IMG/VR virus record: IMGVR_UViG_3300017716_001271 | Location: 1 to 43,465 of that record | Source: a virus | Taxonomy: Duplodnaviria; Caudoviricetes | DNA: 43,465 bases | Direction: 5' to 3' (one strand) | In this document: positions 25,060-33,729 of the stretch, one piece after another | Layout of the letters: each line of letters starts with the position of its first letter | How positions within the stretch are numbered: position 1 is the first letter of the stretch | Notes under the pieces: model-generated | Told to the model about the DNA's origin: nothing | The model's input: the letters and a program-made list of their open reading frames with translations, nothing else | Database searches by the model: none | Position numbers and translations under genes: made by a program

Positions 25060-25563
25060 ATGACCGAACAAACCGCCGTATTCGTCGTACCGGAAGCGCA
25101 TAAACAGCTTTGGGGCGAAACCGCCGAAGCGCACCGCGACCGCCTGCTTATGGCATGGGAAGCGAGCAAGACCGCGCTTGACAAGGCGAAGGCTGACGAA
25201 ATGGAATTGCGGAAGACGATTGCCGCGCTCGCATTCCCTGACGCCAAAGAGGGAACGAACAAGCTTGACCTTGGCAAAGGGTACGAACTGAAGTTCGTAC
25301 GCGAGGTTGAATACGTCTTCCCGGCGACACTCTCGCGCGACGCAATCGCCAAGGTTGAAGACGAGATTGCGAAGACAGGCAACGAAGGTCAATTCTTGGC
25401 TGACCGCCTGTTCAAATGGAAGTGCGAGCCGTCCAAGTCGGAATACAAAAAGCTTGACATGTCCAACCCGACACACGCGGCGGTCAAGAAACTGTACGAC
25501 GGCATTCTGACGACAAAGGACGCCGCGCCGAAGCTGGAAATTAAAGCGCCCAAGGGCAAGTAA
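25060..25563 (+). CDS. Hypothetical protein upstream of Sak4 (coiled coil; possibly gp157/Gam-like)
   Basis: 167 aa from ATG at 25060 with AAAGGGA RBS; function inferred from position only. Confidence 0.7.
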   Translation: MTEQTAVFVVPEAHKQLWGETAEAHRDRLLMAWEASKTALDKAKADEMELRKTIAALAFPDAKEGTNKLDLGKGYELKFVREVEYVFPATLSRDAIAKVEDEIAKTGNEGQFLADRLFKWKCEPSKSEYKKLDMSNPTHAAVKKLYDGILTTKDAAPKLEIKAPKGK

Positions 25564-25575
25564 TCGGGGGATACA

Positions 25576-25821
25576 ATGGCGCTGTTTCATGTCATTGACG
25601 ACGCGTTCGCAATCCTGCGGTCGCGCGGCGTGTACAAGCAAGCGAAGCGGTACGAACGCAAGGGGCGCATTTACGCGCAACATGGTTCGGGCTTCATTGC
25701 CCTGACGCGGTCGGGTACGACGGCCCCGAACGTCAGCGTTGACGAAATTGAAGGGCTGACGCCAGCCTTTGACGACATGGCGCGTATGTACAAGTCGCGC
25801 GCCGACATACCGAAAGGCTGA
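25576..25821 (+). CDS. Hypothetical protein
   Basis: 81 aa; GGGGGA RBS. Confidence 0.7.
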   Translation: MALFHVIDDAFAILRSRGVYKQAKRYERKGRIYAQHGSGFIALTRSGTTAPNVSVDEIEGLTPAFDDMARMYKSRADIPKG

Positions 25822-25822
25822 C

Positions 25823-26533
25823 ATGTCTAACCCACATATCCAAAGCACGAACACCGTTGGGCTTACTCACGGGGTCAAGCTGCTTGTGTACGGCCTGTCG
25901 GGCAAGGGTAAGACCGTGCTAGGCGCGAGCGCGCCCCGGCCCCTGTTCCTGTCGGCTGAAAACGGGCTGCTGTCGCTGCGGCGGTACAACCTGCCCTTTA
26001 TCAAGATTGACACGCTGAAGTCACTACGCGACGCGTTTGACTTTTGCGAGACACCGAAGGCGACGCAGTTTGACACGGTCATATTGGACAGCCTTAGCGA
26101 GATTGCAGAGATTGCCCTAGCCGAACAGAAGGGCAAGACAAAAGACGGTCGCAAGGCTTACGGCGAAATGGCGGACATTGTTACGCAAATCGTCAAAGAC
26201 TTCCGCGACCTTCCGCGCAAACACGTTGTACTGATTTGCAAGCAGGGATACGCGACAGACGGTCAGACAGGCGCACGCTACGCGCAACCGTCGTTCCCCG
26301 GCAAACAGCTTGAAGAAAACGCGCCGTATTGGTTTGACGGCGTGTTCCAACTCGAAACTTTCCCCGGTGAACAGCCGGGGCAAATCGTTAGGGCGCTCCG
26401 CACGCAACCTGACCAATACACCCAAGCGAAAGACCGTTCCGGCGCGTTGAACGTTTGGGAAAATGCGGACCCGGCGAGCGGCGGGGGTCTTTCCGCAATC
26501 TTTGCAAAAATGCTCGCCAGTCCGGCGGCTTAA
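25823..26533 (+). CDS. Sak4-like AAA_24 ATPase/recombinase
   Basis: LLVYGLSGKGKT; SAENGLLSL; VILDSLSE; AKDRSG. Confidence 0.88.
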   Translation: MSNPHIQSTNTVGLTHGVKLLVYGLSGKGKTVLGASAPRPLFLSAENGLLSLRRYNLPFIKIDTLKSLRDAFDFCETPKATQFDTVILDSLSEIAEIALAEQKGKTKDGRKAYGEMADIVTQIVKDFRDLPRKHVVLICKQGYATDGQTGARYAQPSFPGKQLEENAPYWFDGVFQLETFPGEQPGQIVRALRTQPDQYTQAKDRSGALNVWENADPASGGGLSAIFAKMLASPAA

Positions 26534-26549
26534 CAAGAGAGGCAATACA

Positions 26550-27164
26550 ATGGGAATGCAATTCGCATTCAACGCACAACAGTACAACCCGAGTTTCGGC
26601 GGCGGTTCTTCGCTTCCGCCCGGCAAGTACAAAGTCGTCATTTCCGACACGAAGCCGGAACAGACGAAAGACGGTCAAGGCGGCTATCTCGCCGTTACGC
26701 TCAAGGTCGTTGAAGGCCCCATGAGCGGCGGCGAACACATTGACCGGCTCAACCTTCACAACGTCAATCAGAAGGCGGTTGAGATTGCACACGAACGGCT
26801 TGCCGGGTACTGCGTGTGCATCGGCGTTATGGCGTTCCAGAACACCGCCGAACTGCACAACAAGCCGTTCGGTGTCGAGATTGGGCCGCAGAAAGACGCG
26901 CCGGAATACACCGAAGTCAAGAAACTGTTCGACGCGAACGGCAACACGCCTGTCAAGGGCGGCGGACAACCCCCCGCACAACCGCAAGCGCCGAACGGCT
27001 TCGCGCCCCCGGCTTCGCCCCCTGCACCGCCCCCGCCGCCTCCCCCGGCGTCTGGCGGCTGGCCTGCTGCTGGCGGGGCTCCGCAAGCCCCGGCGGGCGG
27101 CGGCTGGCCCGGCGGTACACCGTCTGCACCCCCGCCGGGCGGTAACGCCCCTTGGGGGCGATAG
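26550..27164 (+). CDS. ssb: ssDNA-binding protein (DUF669 type)
   Basis: LPPGKYKVVI; DRLNL.N.N.KAVEIA; Pro/Gly-rich tail ending APWGR; lies beside Sak4. Confidence 0.82.
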   Translation: MGMQFAFNAQQYNPSFGGGSSLPPGKYKVVISDTKPEQTKDGQGGYLAVTLKVVEGPMSGGEHIDRLNLHNVNQKAVEIAHERLAGYCVCIGVMAFQNTAELHNKPFGVEIGPQKDAPEYTEVKKLFDANGNTPVKGGGQPPAQPQAPNGFAPPASPPAPPPPPPPASGGWPAAGGAPQAPAGGGWPGGTPSAPPPGGNAPWGR

Positions 27165-27201
27165 ACAGCCCCCGCCGTACACACCCGAGTATCAGGCGAC
27201 A

Positions 27202-27267
27202 ATGACCGCCTATTACTTCGGTGTCGCGAACGGGACACTAGACGCGGTTATGGACATTCCATTTTAA
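27202..27267 (+). CDS. Possible 21-aa peptide, or frameshift extension of SSB, ending DIPF
   Basis: MTAYYFGVANGTLDAVMDIPF*; lies before the terminator; +1 frame relative to SSB. Confidence 0.4.
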   Translation: MTAYYFGVANGTLDAVMDIPF

Positions 27268-27273
27268 CCGCAC

Positions 27274-27305
27274 GGGGGCGGGCTAACGCTCGCCCCCATT
27301 TTCTT
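27274..27305 (+). terminator. Rho-independent terminator
   Basis: GGGGGCGGGC-TAAC-GCTCGCCCCC followed by ATTTTCTT. Confidence 0.8.
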
Positions 27306-27317
27306 ACGAGGCTTGAC

Positions 27318-28148
27318 ATGTTTGACAAAGCTGCACTGAAAGCAAGCCTAGAAGCAAGCGTTGAGGCATACACACGCCTTAGCATTCCATCCGAACACCG
27401 AAAACATTTGGGCGCTTCACTCGCCGGGCGCGACTGTACGCGTTACCTCTGGAATACATACCGTTGGCTACTGCTTGAACAGCACGAAGGGCGTATGCGC
27501 CGGTTGTTCAACCGGGGACACCGTGAAGAACAAGTGTTCATTGACCTGTTGCGCGGCGCGGGTTGGAATGTATGGGACATAAACCCGACGACAGGTAGTC
27601 AGTACCGCATTGCCCACATGTCAGGACATATCGGCGGCTCGCTTGACGCCATTGTCCAACCGCCCGGCGTGAACTGGCACGCTATAGGCGAGTTCAAGAC
27701 GCACAACAACAAGTCGTTCAATGACCTTCGCAACAACGGATTGCTTGCGACCAAGCCCGAACACTTCATACAAATGAGCATATACGGACGCTCATACGAA
27801 ACAGACAAAGGGCTGTATTGCGCGGTCAACAAAGACACTGACGCGATTGAATGGATACCCGTTGACTTAGACTTTGGCGCGGCTGAAGACGCAATGCGCC
27901 GCATGGAATACGTTATTGGCTTGCGCGAGCCGCCAAAGAAAATCAGCGAAACGCCGACATTCTGGAAATGCAAGTATTGTCACTTCAACGGTATCTGTCA
28001 TTCGGGCGAAGCGCCGGAAAAGAACTGCCGTTCGTGTCGTCACGCTGCACCGGCTGCGGCTGGCGAATGGCATTGCGAGTTGCACGGGCAACTTATACCT
28101 GACGGCGTGATACCTCTTGGCTGCGATCATTGGAAACGGCTTGTATGA
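27318..28148 (+). CDS. Cas4/RecB-like PD-(D/E)XK exonuclease
   Basis: HLGAS...C.R.LW; GSLD; EFKT; Q..IY; CKYC...C and CRSC Cys clusters. Confidence 0.88.
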   Translation: MFDKAALKASLEASVEAYTRLSIPSEHRKHLGASLAGRDCTRYLWNTYRWLLLEQHEGRMRRLFNRGHREEQVFIDLLRGAGWNVWDINPTTGSQYRIAHMSGHIGGSLDAIVQPPGVNWHAIGEFKTHNNKSFNDLRNNGLLATKPEHFIQMSIYGRSYETDKGLYCAVNKDTDAIEWIPVDLDFGAAEDAMRRMEYVIGLREPPKKISETPTFWKCKYCHFNGICHSGEAPEKNCRSCRHAAPAAAGEWHCELHGQLIPDGVIPLGCDHWKRLV

Positions 28149-29824
28149 TTGTACAGCCTGCATTTCAACCGCGTTGGTACATTGAGGAAGCGGTACAGTC
28201 GCTCTTTGATTACTTTGAACATACCGCCGGAATGGACGGCGAACACAACCCGCTTATCGCCATGCCGACAGGTACGGGCAAGTCGGTTGTTATTGCGAAG
28301 TTCATACGCGAGGCAATGCGGCGTTACCCGTCAACGCGAGCAATGGGCCTTACGCACGTCAAAGAACTGATTGAACAGGACGCCAAGGCGATTATGCGCG
28401 CATGGCCGGGCGCACCGCTTGGCATATACAGCGCGGGCCTAGATCAGTACGACAACATGTCGCCAATCGTCTTCGGCGGCGTACAATCGGTCAAAGGCAA
28501 GTACCCGATATTTGGACACCGTGACTTGCTGTTCATTGACGAAGCGCACTTGCTTTCGCCCAAGGCTGACACGACGTACCAAGCCGTCATTGCTGACCTA
28601 AAAAAGACGAACCGCAAGCTTAAGGTTGTGGGCTTGACTGCTACGCCTTACCGGCTTGGCTTGGGTCACATGACGCACGGCGGTATATTCACTGACGTAT
28701 GTTACGACTTGTGCAACCGTGAAGCCTTCGCCCGGCTGATTGCCGAAGGGTACATGTCGCCGCTTATTCCGAAGCGGACCAAGACGCAAATTGACCTGTC
28801 AGGTATCAAGCTTGTCGGCGGCGAGTTCAATCAAGAGCAATTACAAATATCAATCGACAAGGCGGAAATTACACGCGCCGCCTTGCGCGAAGTTGTTGAA
28901 CACGGGCAAGACCGCAAGTCATGGCTGATATTCGCGAGCGGCGTTGAACACGCCGAACATATCGCGGAAGACCTGCGTACGTACTTCCATATTCCAGCCG
29001 CCGCCGTACACTCGAAAATGACGGACGCGCAACGCGACAAAGTCATTGACGACTTTAAGGCCGGGCGTATTCGCGCAATCGTCAATCAGAACGTTCTAAC
29101 AACCGGGTTCGATCACCCGCCGATTGACTTGATTGCAGTATTGCGCCCGACTATGTCGCCGGGCCTTTGGGTACAAATGCTTGGACGCGGTACGCGCCCG
29201 TACGATTGGTTCGGCCTGACCGCCGCCGAACGCCAGTTGTTCGCAGCATTCCAATTCAAGAAACTGAATTGCCTTGTACTCGACTTCGCAGCGAACACCG
29301 AACGCTTGGGGCCGATTGACGATCCGGTTATACCGAAGCGCAAAGGCGACGGCCCGCCGGGCGACGCACCGCTACGCATTTGCGACAACTGCGGAATGTA
29401 CAATCATGCAAGCGCGGTCATGTGTTCCAACTGCGGTTACGTCTTCCCGCGTATGGAAAAGCTGAAGACATTCGCGAGCGAACTTGCGCTTATGGCTGCA
29501 CTCGACACCGCGCCAGACGAACGCGAATACGACGTGCAACGCGTGATCTATCAAGCCCACACGTCACGCGCCGGGCTGTCGTCAGTCAAGGTTGTGTACT
29601 ACGTTCACGGCAACACGTTCTTTGAATACGTGTCTGTTGAAGGCGGCGGGCTGCGTGCGAAACGGGGCCGCGATTGGTACAGGATACGCGAGAAAGCACG
29701 CGGGGCCGAACCGCCAGACACGAACGCCGACTTGTTAGAGCTATGCCCTGACCTTCGCATACCGGCCAAGATCAAGGTAATTATCAACCGGGAGGACCCC
29801 GAAATAACAGGGGCGATATTTTGA
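28145..29824 (+). CDS. Superfamily 2 helicase (RadD/YejH-like) with Zn finger
   Basis: PTGTGKS, DEAH, GLTATP, LTTGFD, QMLGRGTR, CDNC...CSNC. Confidence 0.93.
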   Translation: MIVQPAFQPRWYIEEAVQSLFDYFEHTAGMDGEHNPLIAMPTGTGKSVVIAKFIREAMRRYPSTRAMGLTHVKELIEQDAKAIMRAWPGAPLGIYSAGLDQYDNMSPIVFGGVQSVKGKYPIFGHRDLLFIDEAHLLSPKADTTYQAVIADLKKTNRKLKVVGLTATPYRLGLGHMTHGGIFTDVCYDLCNREAFARLIAEGYMSPLIPKRTKTQIDLSGIKLVGGEFNQEQLQISIDKAEITRAALREVVEHGQDRKSWLIFASGVEHAEHIAEDLRTYFHIPAAAVHSKMTDAQRDKVIDDFKAGRIRAIVNQNVLTTGFDHPPIDLIAVLRPTMSPGLWVQMLGRGTRPYDWFGLTAAERQLFAAFQFKKLNCLVLDFAANTERLGPIDDPVIPKRKGDGPPGDAPLRICDNCGMYNHASAVMCSNCGYVFPRMEKLKTFASELALMAALDTAPDEREYDVQRVIYQAHTSRAGLSSVKVVYYVHGNTFFEYVSVEGGGLRAKRGRDWYRIREKARGAEPPDTNADLLELCPDLRIPAKIKVIINREDPEITGAIF

Positions 29825-31062
29825 AGCTATGGGAGGAAGGGACAACCCGCGAAGAACGCATTGCATTACGTGAAGCCGAAGACAGAATGCGGGCGGAACT
29901 TTGGGAGGATCACAAGCTAATACCGATCTTTCAGGACGGAACTTTTTACGACGACACGGGACGAAAACCAATCAACCCGTATTGGCGCGACAGTGAGTTT
30001 ACCCGCTGGAATGACGCCGTACGACAACATAGGAAAGAACTTGAAATGGCTACGCGCGGAAGAAAACCGGCGAAGAACAGTCAGGCGGACAAACTGCTTA
30101 CCGCTCTGGCGTTCGTGAAAGTCGCGACGAAAGACACGAAGCAAGGCGAGTATCAGACACACGTACACATTGGCGGCAACCGCGTTGTCGCTTTTGACGG
30201 CGTGATTGCGGCGTGTCATCCGATTGAGGAAGACTTTGTTGCATACCCGAACCTTGAACAGTTTGTTGCGGCGCTTCAGTCGTGCGGCAAAAAGCTGTCG
30301 CTGACCGTTGACGGCAACCTGTTGTCGGTCAAGGGCGAACACATGACAGCCGAAATGCAATGCTTGCCGCCGGAAGTTATGCACGTCGTCGTACCGGACC
30401 CCAACGCGTACGTCATTGACGACGGTATCAAGGCGGCGCTTGAAGTGTGCATGAAGTACACGCGCGAAGGCGCGACGCTGATACACGAAACCGCCGTGCT
30501 GCTTTGCGCCAATTCGGCGTACGGTACGGACGGCAAGGCGATTGTTGAATACTGGCATGGTACGAACCTGCCCGACATGATCTTGCCGCGCGCCTTTTGC
30601 GCCGCCGTCGTGAAAGCGAAGGCTAAACTTGTGGGCTTCGGTTACGGCAACGGCTCGTCTGTCACGTTCTACTTTGACGACATGTCTTGGCTGAAGACGC
30701 AGCTTTACGCCGAAGGCTACCCGATGCAAGCAAAGACCGTCTTGAACGTCCCGGCGAACCCGCTACCGCTCCCGGCTGACTTCGTGACGGCTGTTACGTC
30801 GGTTGCGGCCTTCAGCGAAGACGGTTCGTTCGTTGTCGAGAACGGGCAAGTTGTCGCGTTCTTCAACGACACCGAAACCGGCGCACAATACGACGTGAAA
30901 GACCTTTCAACGACACGCCGGTTGCGCTTCAACTCGCAATCAGTGTTGAAGGTCGCGGAACACATGAAGCTTGCCGACTTCAACACTGACCCTGACAAAC
31001 TGCTTTGGTTTGGGGACAGCGTACGCGGCGCAATCATGCGGATTACGGAAGCGAATACGTAA
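29821..31062 (+). CDS. Sliding-clamp (DNA pol III beta-like) protein; alternative start at 30046
   Basis: Three-domain clamp-like length; VVAFDG and AYGTDG motifs; C-terminal FGDSVRGAIM; directly upstream of the polymerase. Confidence 0.65.
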   Translation: MKLWEEGTTREERIALREAEDRMRAELWEDHKLIPIFQDGTFYDDTGRKPINPYWRDSEFTRWNDAVRQHRKELEMATRGRKPAKNSQADKLLTALAFVKVATKDTKQGEYQTHVHIGGNRVVAFDGVIAACHPIEEDFVAYPNLEQFVAALQSCGKKLSLTVDGNLLSVKGEHMTAEMQCLPPEVMHVVVPDPNAYVIDDGIKAALEVCMKYTREGATLIHETAVLLCANSAYGTDGKAIVEYWHGTNLPDMILPRAFCAAVVKAKAKLVGFGYGNGSSVTFYFDDMSWLKTQLYAEGYPMQAKTVLNVPANPLPLPADFVTAVTSVAAFSEDGSFVVENGQVVAFFNDTETGAQYDVKDLSTTRRLRFNSQSVLKVAEHMKLADFNTDPDKLLWFGDSVRGAIMRITEANT

Positions 31063-33104
31063 TGCTGTTTGACGGGGGCGTACACAAGCGCGACGTTGGG
31101 TTACGGATGCACGCGCCAATACCGGAAACGGGTTGGCGTGCGCCTGACTTCCTGCCTGACCTGACGGACGCGTACGCTATCTCGTTTGACACCGAAACCA
31201 AAGACCCCGAGCTAGAGGAAGCGGGGCCGGGTTGGGGCCGGGGCCGGGGTCATATCGTCGGGGTCGGCGTATGCGCTGTAAGCCGCTCTGGCGACCGCTG
31301 GCGGGGGTATCTGCCGGTCAGGCATGAGGTTGAGCCGGAAACGAACCTAGACCCCGCCCGCGTCTTCCCTTGGCTGAAGCGCCAGCTTGAAACGAAGCAC
31401 ATTAAAAAGGTTGGCGCGAACCTGTTGTACGACGTTGGTTGGCTGACGACAGAGAACATTTACGTTGAAGGCGAGTTGCACGACGTACAGTTTGGCGAAG
31501 CCCTGATTGACGACACGGCCTTTGTTGCACTCGACATACTCGCGCAAAAGTATCTTGGCGAGACAAAGGACACGTCAGTTTTATACGAATGGATACGCGA
31601 CAGTTACAAGCCCCGGAAGAACCGGGAACGCGCATTCATTTACAAGACGCCGCCGCGATTGGTCGGGCCGTACGGCGAGCAAGACGCAGACTTGCCGTTA
31701 CGCATTCACGACGTACAAATGCCGATCATTGACCGCGACGGGCTCGCGTACGTGTACCGGCTAGAGAACGATCTAATACGACTGCTTGTCAAAATGCGGT
31801 TGCGCGGCGTACGCGTTGACCTTGGCAAAGCCGAAGAACTGATACACGTATTGAAAGGTCGCATAGGCCAGTATTACAAAGAACTTGCCCACAAGCACGG
31901 CGTCGCAATCGCGAGCGTGAACAGCGGGGCGCAACTCGCTAAGTTGTTCGATCACGCGGGCGTACCGTACCTGCGTACCGAAGTCAGGGAAGACGGCAAA
32001 GGCGGCAACCCGTCGTTTCGGAAGGAATGGCTTGAAGCCCTTGAACACCCGATTGGCGACGATATCAACAACATACGCAAGCTTGAAAAGTGCGTTGGTA
32101 CGTTCCCGCAAGGCTACATTCTCAACAAGAGCATTCCAGAGAACGGAAACAATCAGTACGGCGTATTGCACGGTTCGTTGCACCCGCTGAAAGACGACGA
32201 CAACGGCGCGAAGACAGGGCGCTTTGCGTCGTCTGACCCGAACTTGCAAAACATTCCGATACGCACCGATGAAGGCAAACTTATTCGCGAAGCCTTCGTA
32301 CCGTTTGACGGTCATTTGTGTTGGGAGAAAGACGATTATTCACAAATTGAATATCGTATGCTCGCACACTACGCCGTCGATAACGGCGACGGTTCCGCCG
32401 AACGGTTGCGCCAGTCGTACCGCGACGATCCGACAACCGATTATCACAAGTACGTTCAAGGCAACGTCAAGGCGCTTACCGGGATTGAGATTGACCGGCG
32501 ACCGATTAAAAATATCAACTTCGGCCTTGTGTACGGTCAGTCGCAAAAGTCACTTGCGTACAAGGCGGGCTTCACCCGGCAAGAGGCTGACGCAATCTTT
32601 ACGGCCTATCACAAGGGCGCACCGTACGTTAAACCGACACTGAAAGACATTGCCGCCGAAGTGCAGCGCGAAGGAAGCATACGGACCATTCTAGGGCGGC
32701 GCGTTACCTTCAACATGTGGGAACCGAATTACTATGAAAGCGAGCAAGACGGCTCGCGCATTCGTCGTACGCCGTTACCGTTTCACATGGCGGTACGTGA
32801 GTACGGAAGCAACATTAAGCGCGCGGGCGATTACAAGGGCGTCAATTACAAGTTGCAGGGTTCGGGTACAGGCGACGTAATTAAAGTCGCAATGCGCGAA
32901 GCCGATCAATCGGGCGTATTCGACTTCATCGGCGTACCCATGTTGCAGGTACACGACGAACTTGACTTCAGCGTGAAAGACGACAGCCGCGAACAGCAAG
33001 AGGCTTACCGCTTCATGCGTCACACGCTCGCCAACTCGCTTAAGTGCGCCGTACCAATTCTTGTTGACAACAAGCGCGGCGCTAATTGGGGTGTCATTGA
33101 CTAG
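31062..33104 (+). CDS. polA: Family A DNA polymerase with 3'-5' exonuclease
   Basis: ExoI FDTET, ExoII NLLYD, ExoIII YGEQD; TGRFASSDPNLQNIP; motif A DYSQIEYR; motif B KNINFGLVYG (Phe at the 762-equivalent position); motif C VHDEL. Confidence 0.96.
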   Translation: MLFDGGVHKRDVGLRMHAPIPETGWRAPDFLPDLTDAYAISFDTETKDPELEEAGPGWGRGRGHIVGVGVCAVSRSGDRWRGYLPVRHEVEPETNLDPARVFPWLKRQLETKHIKKVGANLLYDVGWLTTENIYVEGELHDVQFGEALIDDTAFVALDILAQKYLGETKDTSVLYEWIRDSYKPRKNRERAFIYKTPPRLVGPYGEQDADLPLRIHDVQMPIIDRDGLAYVYRLENDLIRLLVKMRLRGVRVDLGKAEELIHVLKGRIGQYYKELAHKHGVAIASVNSGAQLAKLFDHAGVPYLRTEVREDGKGGNPSFRKEWLEALEHPIGDDINNIRKLEKCVGTFPQGYILNKSIPENGNNQYGVLHGSLHPLKDDDNGAKTGRFASSDPNLQNIPIRTDEGKLIREAFVPFDGHLCWEKDDYSQIEYRMLAHYAVDNGDGSAERLRQSYRDDPTTDYHKYVQGNVKALTGIEIDRRPIKNINFGLVYGQSQKSLAYKAGFTRQEADAIFTAYHKGAPYVKPTLKDIAAEVQREGSIRTILGRRVTFNMWEPNYYESEQDGSRIRRTPLPFHMAVREYGSNIKRAGDYKGVNYKLQGSGTGDVIKVAMREADQSGVFDFIGVPMLQVHDELDFSVKDDSREQQEAYRFMRHTLANSLKCAVPILVDNKRGANWGVID

Positions 33105-33155
33105 TTGTTAAGACTTGGCCCGTACAACCTCTGTAACAGCAGAGGAACGGACGCC

Positions 33156-33314
33156 ATGACAACGAAGCCGGAACTTACTTGGGGTGAAGTGTTCGCGGAA
33201 GTCGAGAACACCCGCACGCTGACAACTGACGAAACCGTCGCTTGCCTGTTCGCCGCGTTCGCTGACATGGTCGCGGAACTGGCGGATTCGGGCAAGATCT
33301 TGAAAGCCGCCTAA
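33156..33314 (+). CDS. Small hypothetical protein ending KAA
   Basis: 52 aa; AGAGGA RBS. Confidence 0.6.
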   Translation: MTTKPELTWGEVFAEVENTRTLTTDETVACLFAAFADMVAELADSGKILKAA

Positions 33315-33369
33315 CTCATTGAAATTGCAGAGGTTTCGCCTGTCGGCGTCGGCCGATCGCTGGAACCTG

Positions 33370-33409
33370 AAAAGACAACACCCGCCGGGGGGACTAAGCC
33401 CGGCGGGTG
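33370..33409 (-). terminator. Terminator at the convergence of late and replication units
   Basis: CACCCGCCGGG-N9-CCCGGCGGGTG followed by TTGTCTTTT on the minus strand. Confidence 0.8.
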
Positions 33410-33475
33410 AAGCTGCACAACAGGCCCGAGGGGACGCCTTGGGAGCCCCCTTATAGCCGAAGCCGGGCCGGGGGT

Positions 33476-33715
33476 CTAGGGGCCAACCTTCGCGGCTGTC
33501 GGCTCTTTGGTCATGGCGCGAAGGATCACGCCGCCGACTGCCCACACCGCCACGAAGGCCGCTTCAACGGCGCTGAAAGCGCCCTGCACCGCTTCGGCTG
33601 TCGGGGGCGGGTTTGTGTCACCGAACACGCCGAACGCCGCCAGTAGGCCAATCAGGCCCATGACGACGTTGAAAATTGCCGTCTTGGATTTGAACAGTCC
33701 CAAGATTGTATTCAT
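33476..33715 (-). CDS. Two-TM membrane protein, holin-like
   Basis: FKSKTAIFN, TM1, loop, TM2, LRAMTKEP; AGGGG RBS. Confidence 0.65.
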   Translation of the reverse strand: MNTILGLFKSKTAIFNVVMGLIGLLAAFGVFGDTNPPPTAEAVQGAFSAVEAAFVAVWAVGGVILRAMTKEPTAAKVGP

Positions 33716-33729
33716 GTGAACCCCTGCGG

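Noticed and set aside
24710-25060. Lysogeny switch at the divergent promoter region
   Set aside because: Only a small Cro-like HTH; no CI-like repressor, integrase or partition genes in the window.
31062-33104. DpoZ-type polymerase/Z-DNA system (PolA plus MazG-like gene)
   Set aside because: No PurZ or DatZ gene is visible, and strong restriction-site avoidance argues against global base substitution.
33315-33475. tRNA, tmRNA or ribozyme in the structured intergenic region
   Set aside because: No T-loop, cloverleaf or hammerhead core; the hairpins are adequately explained as terminators.
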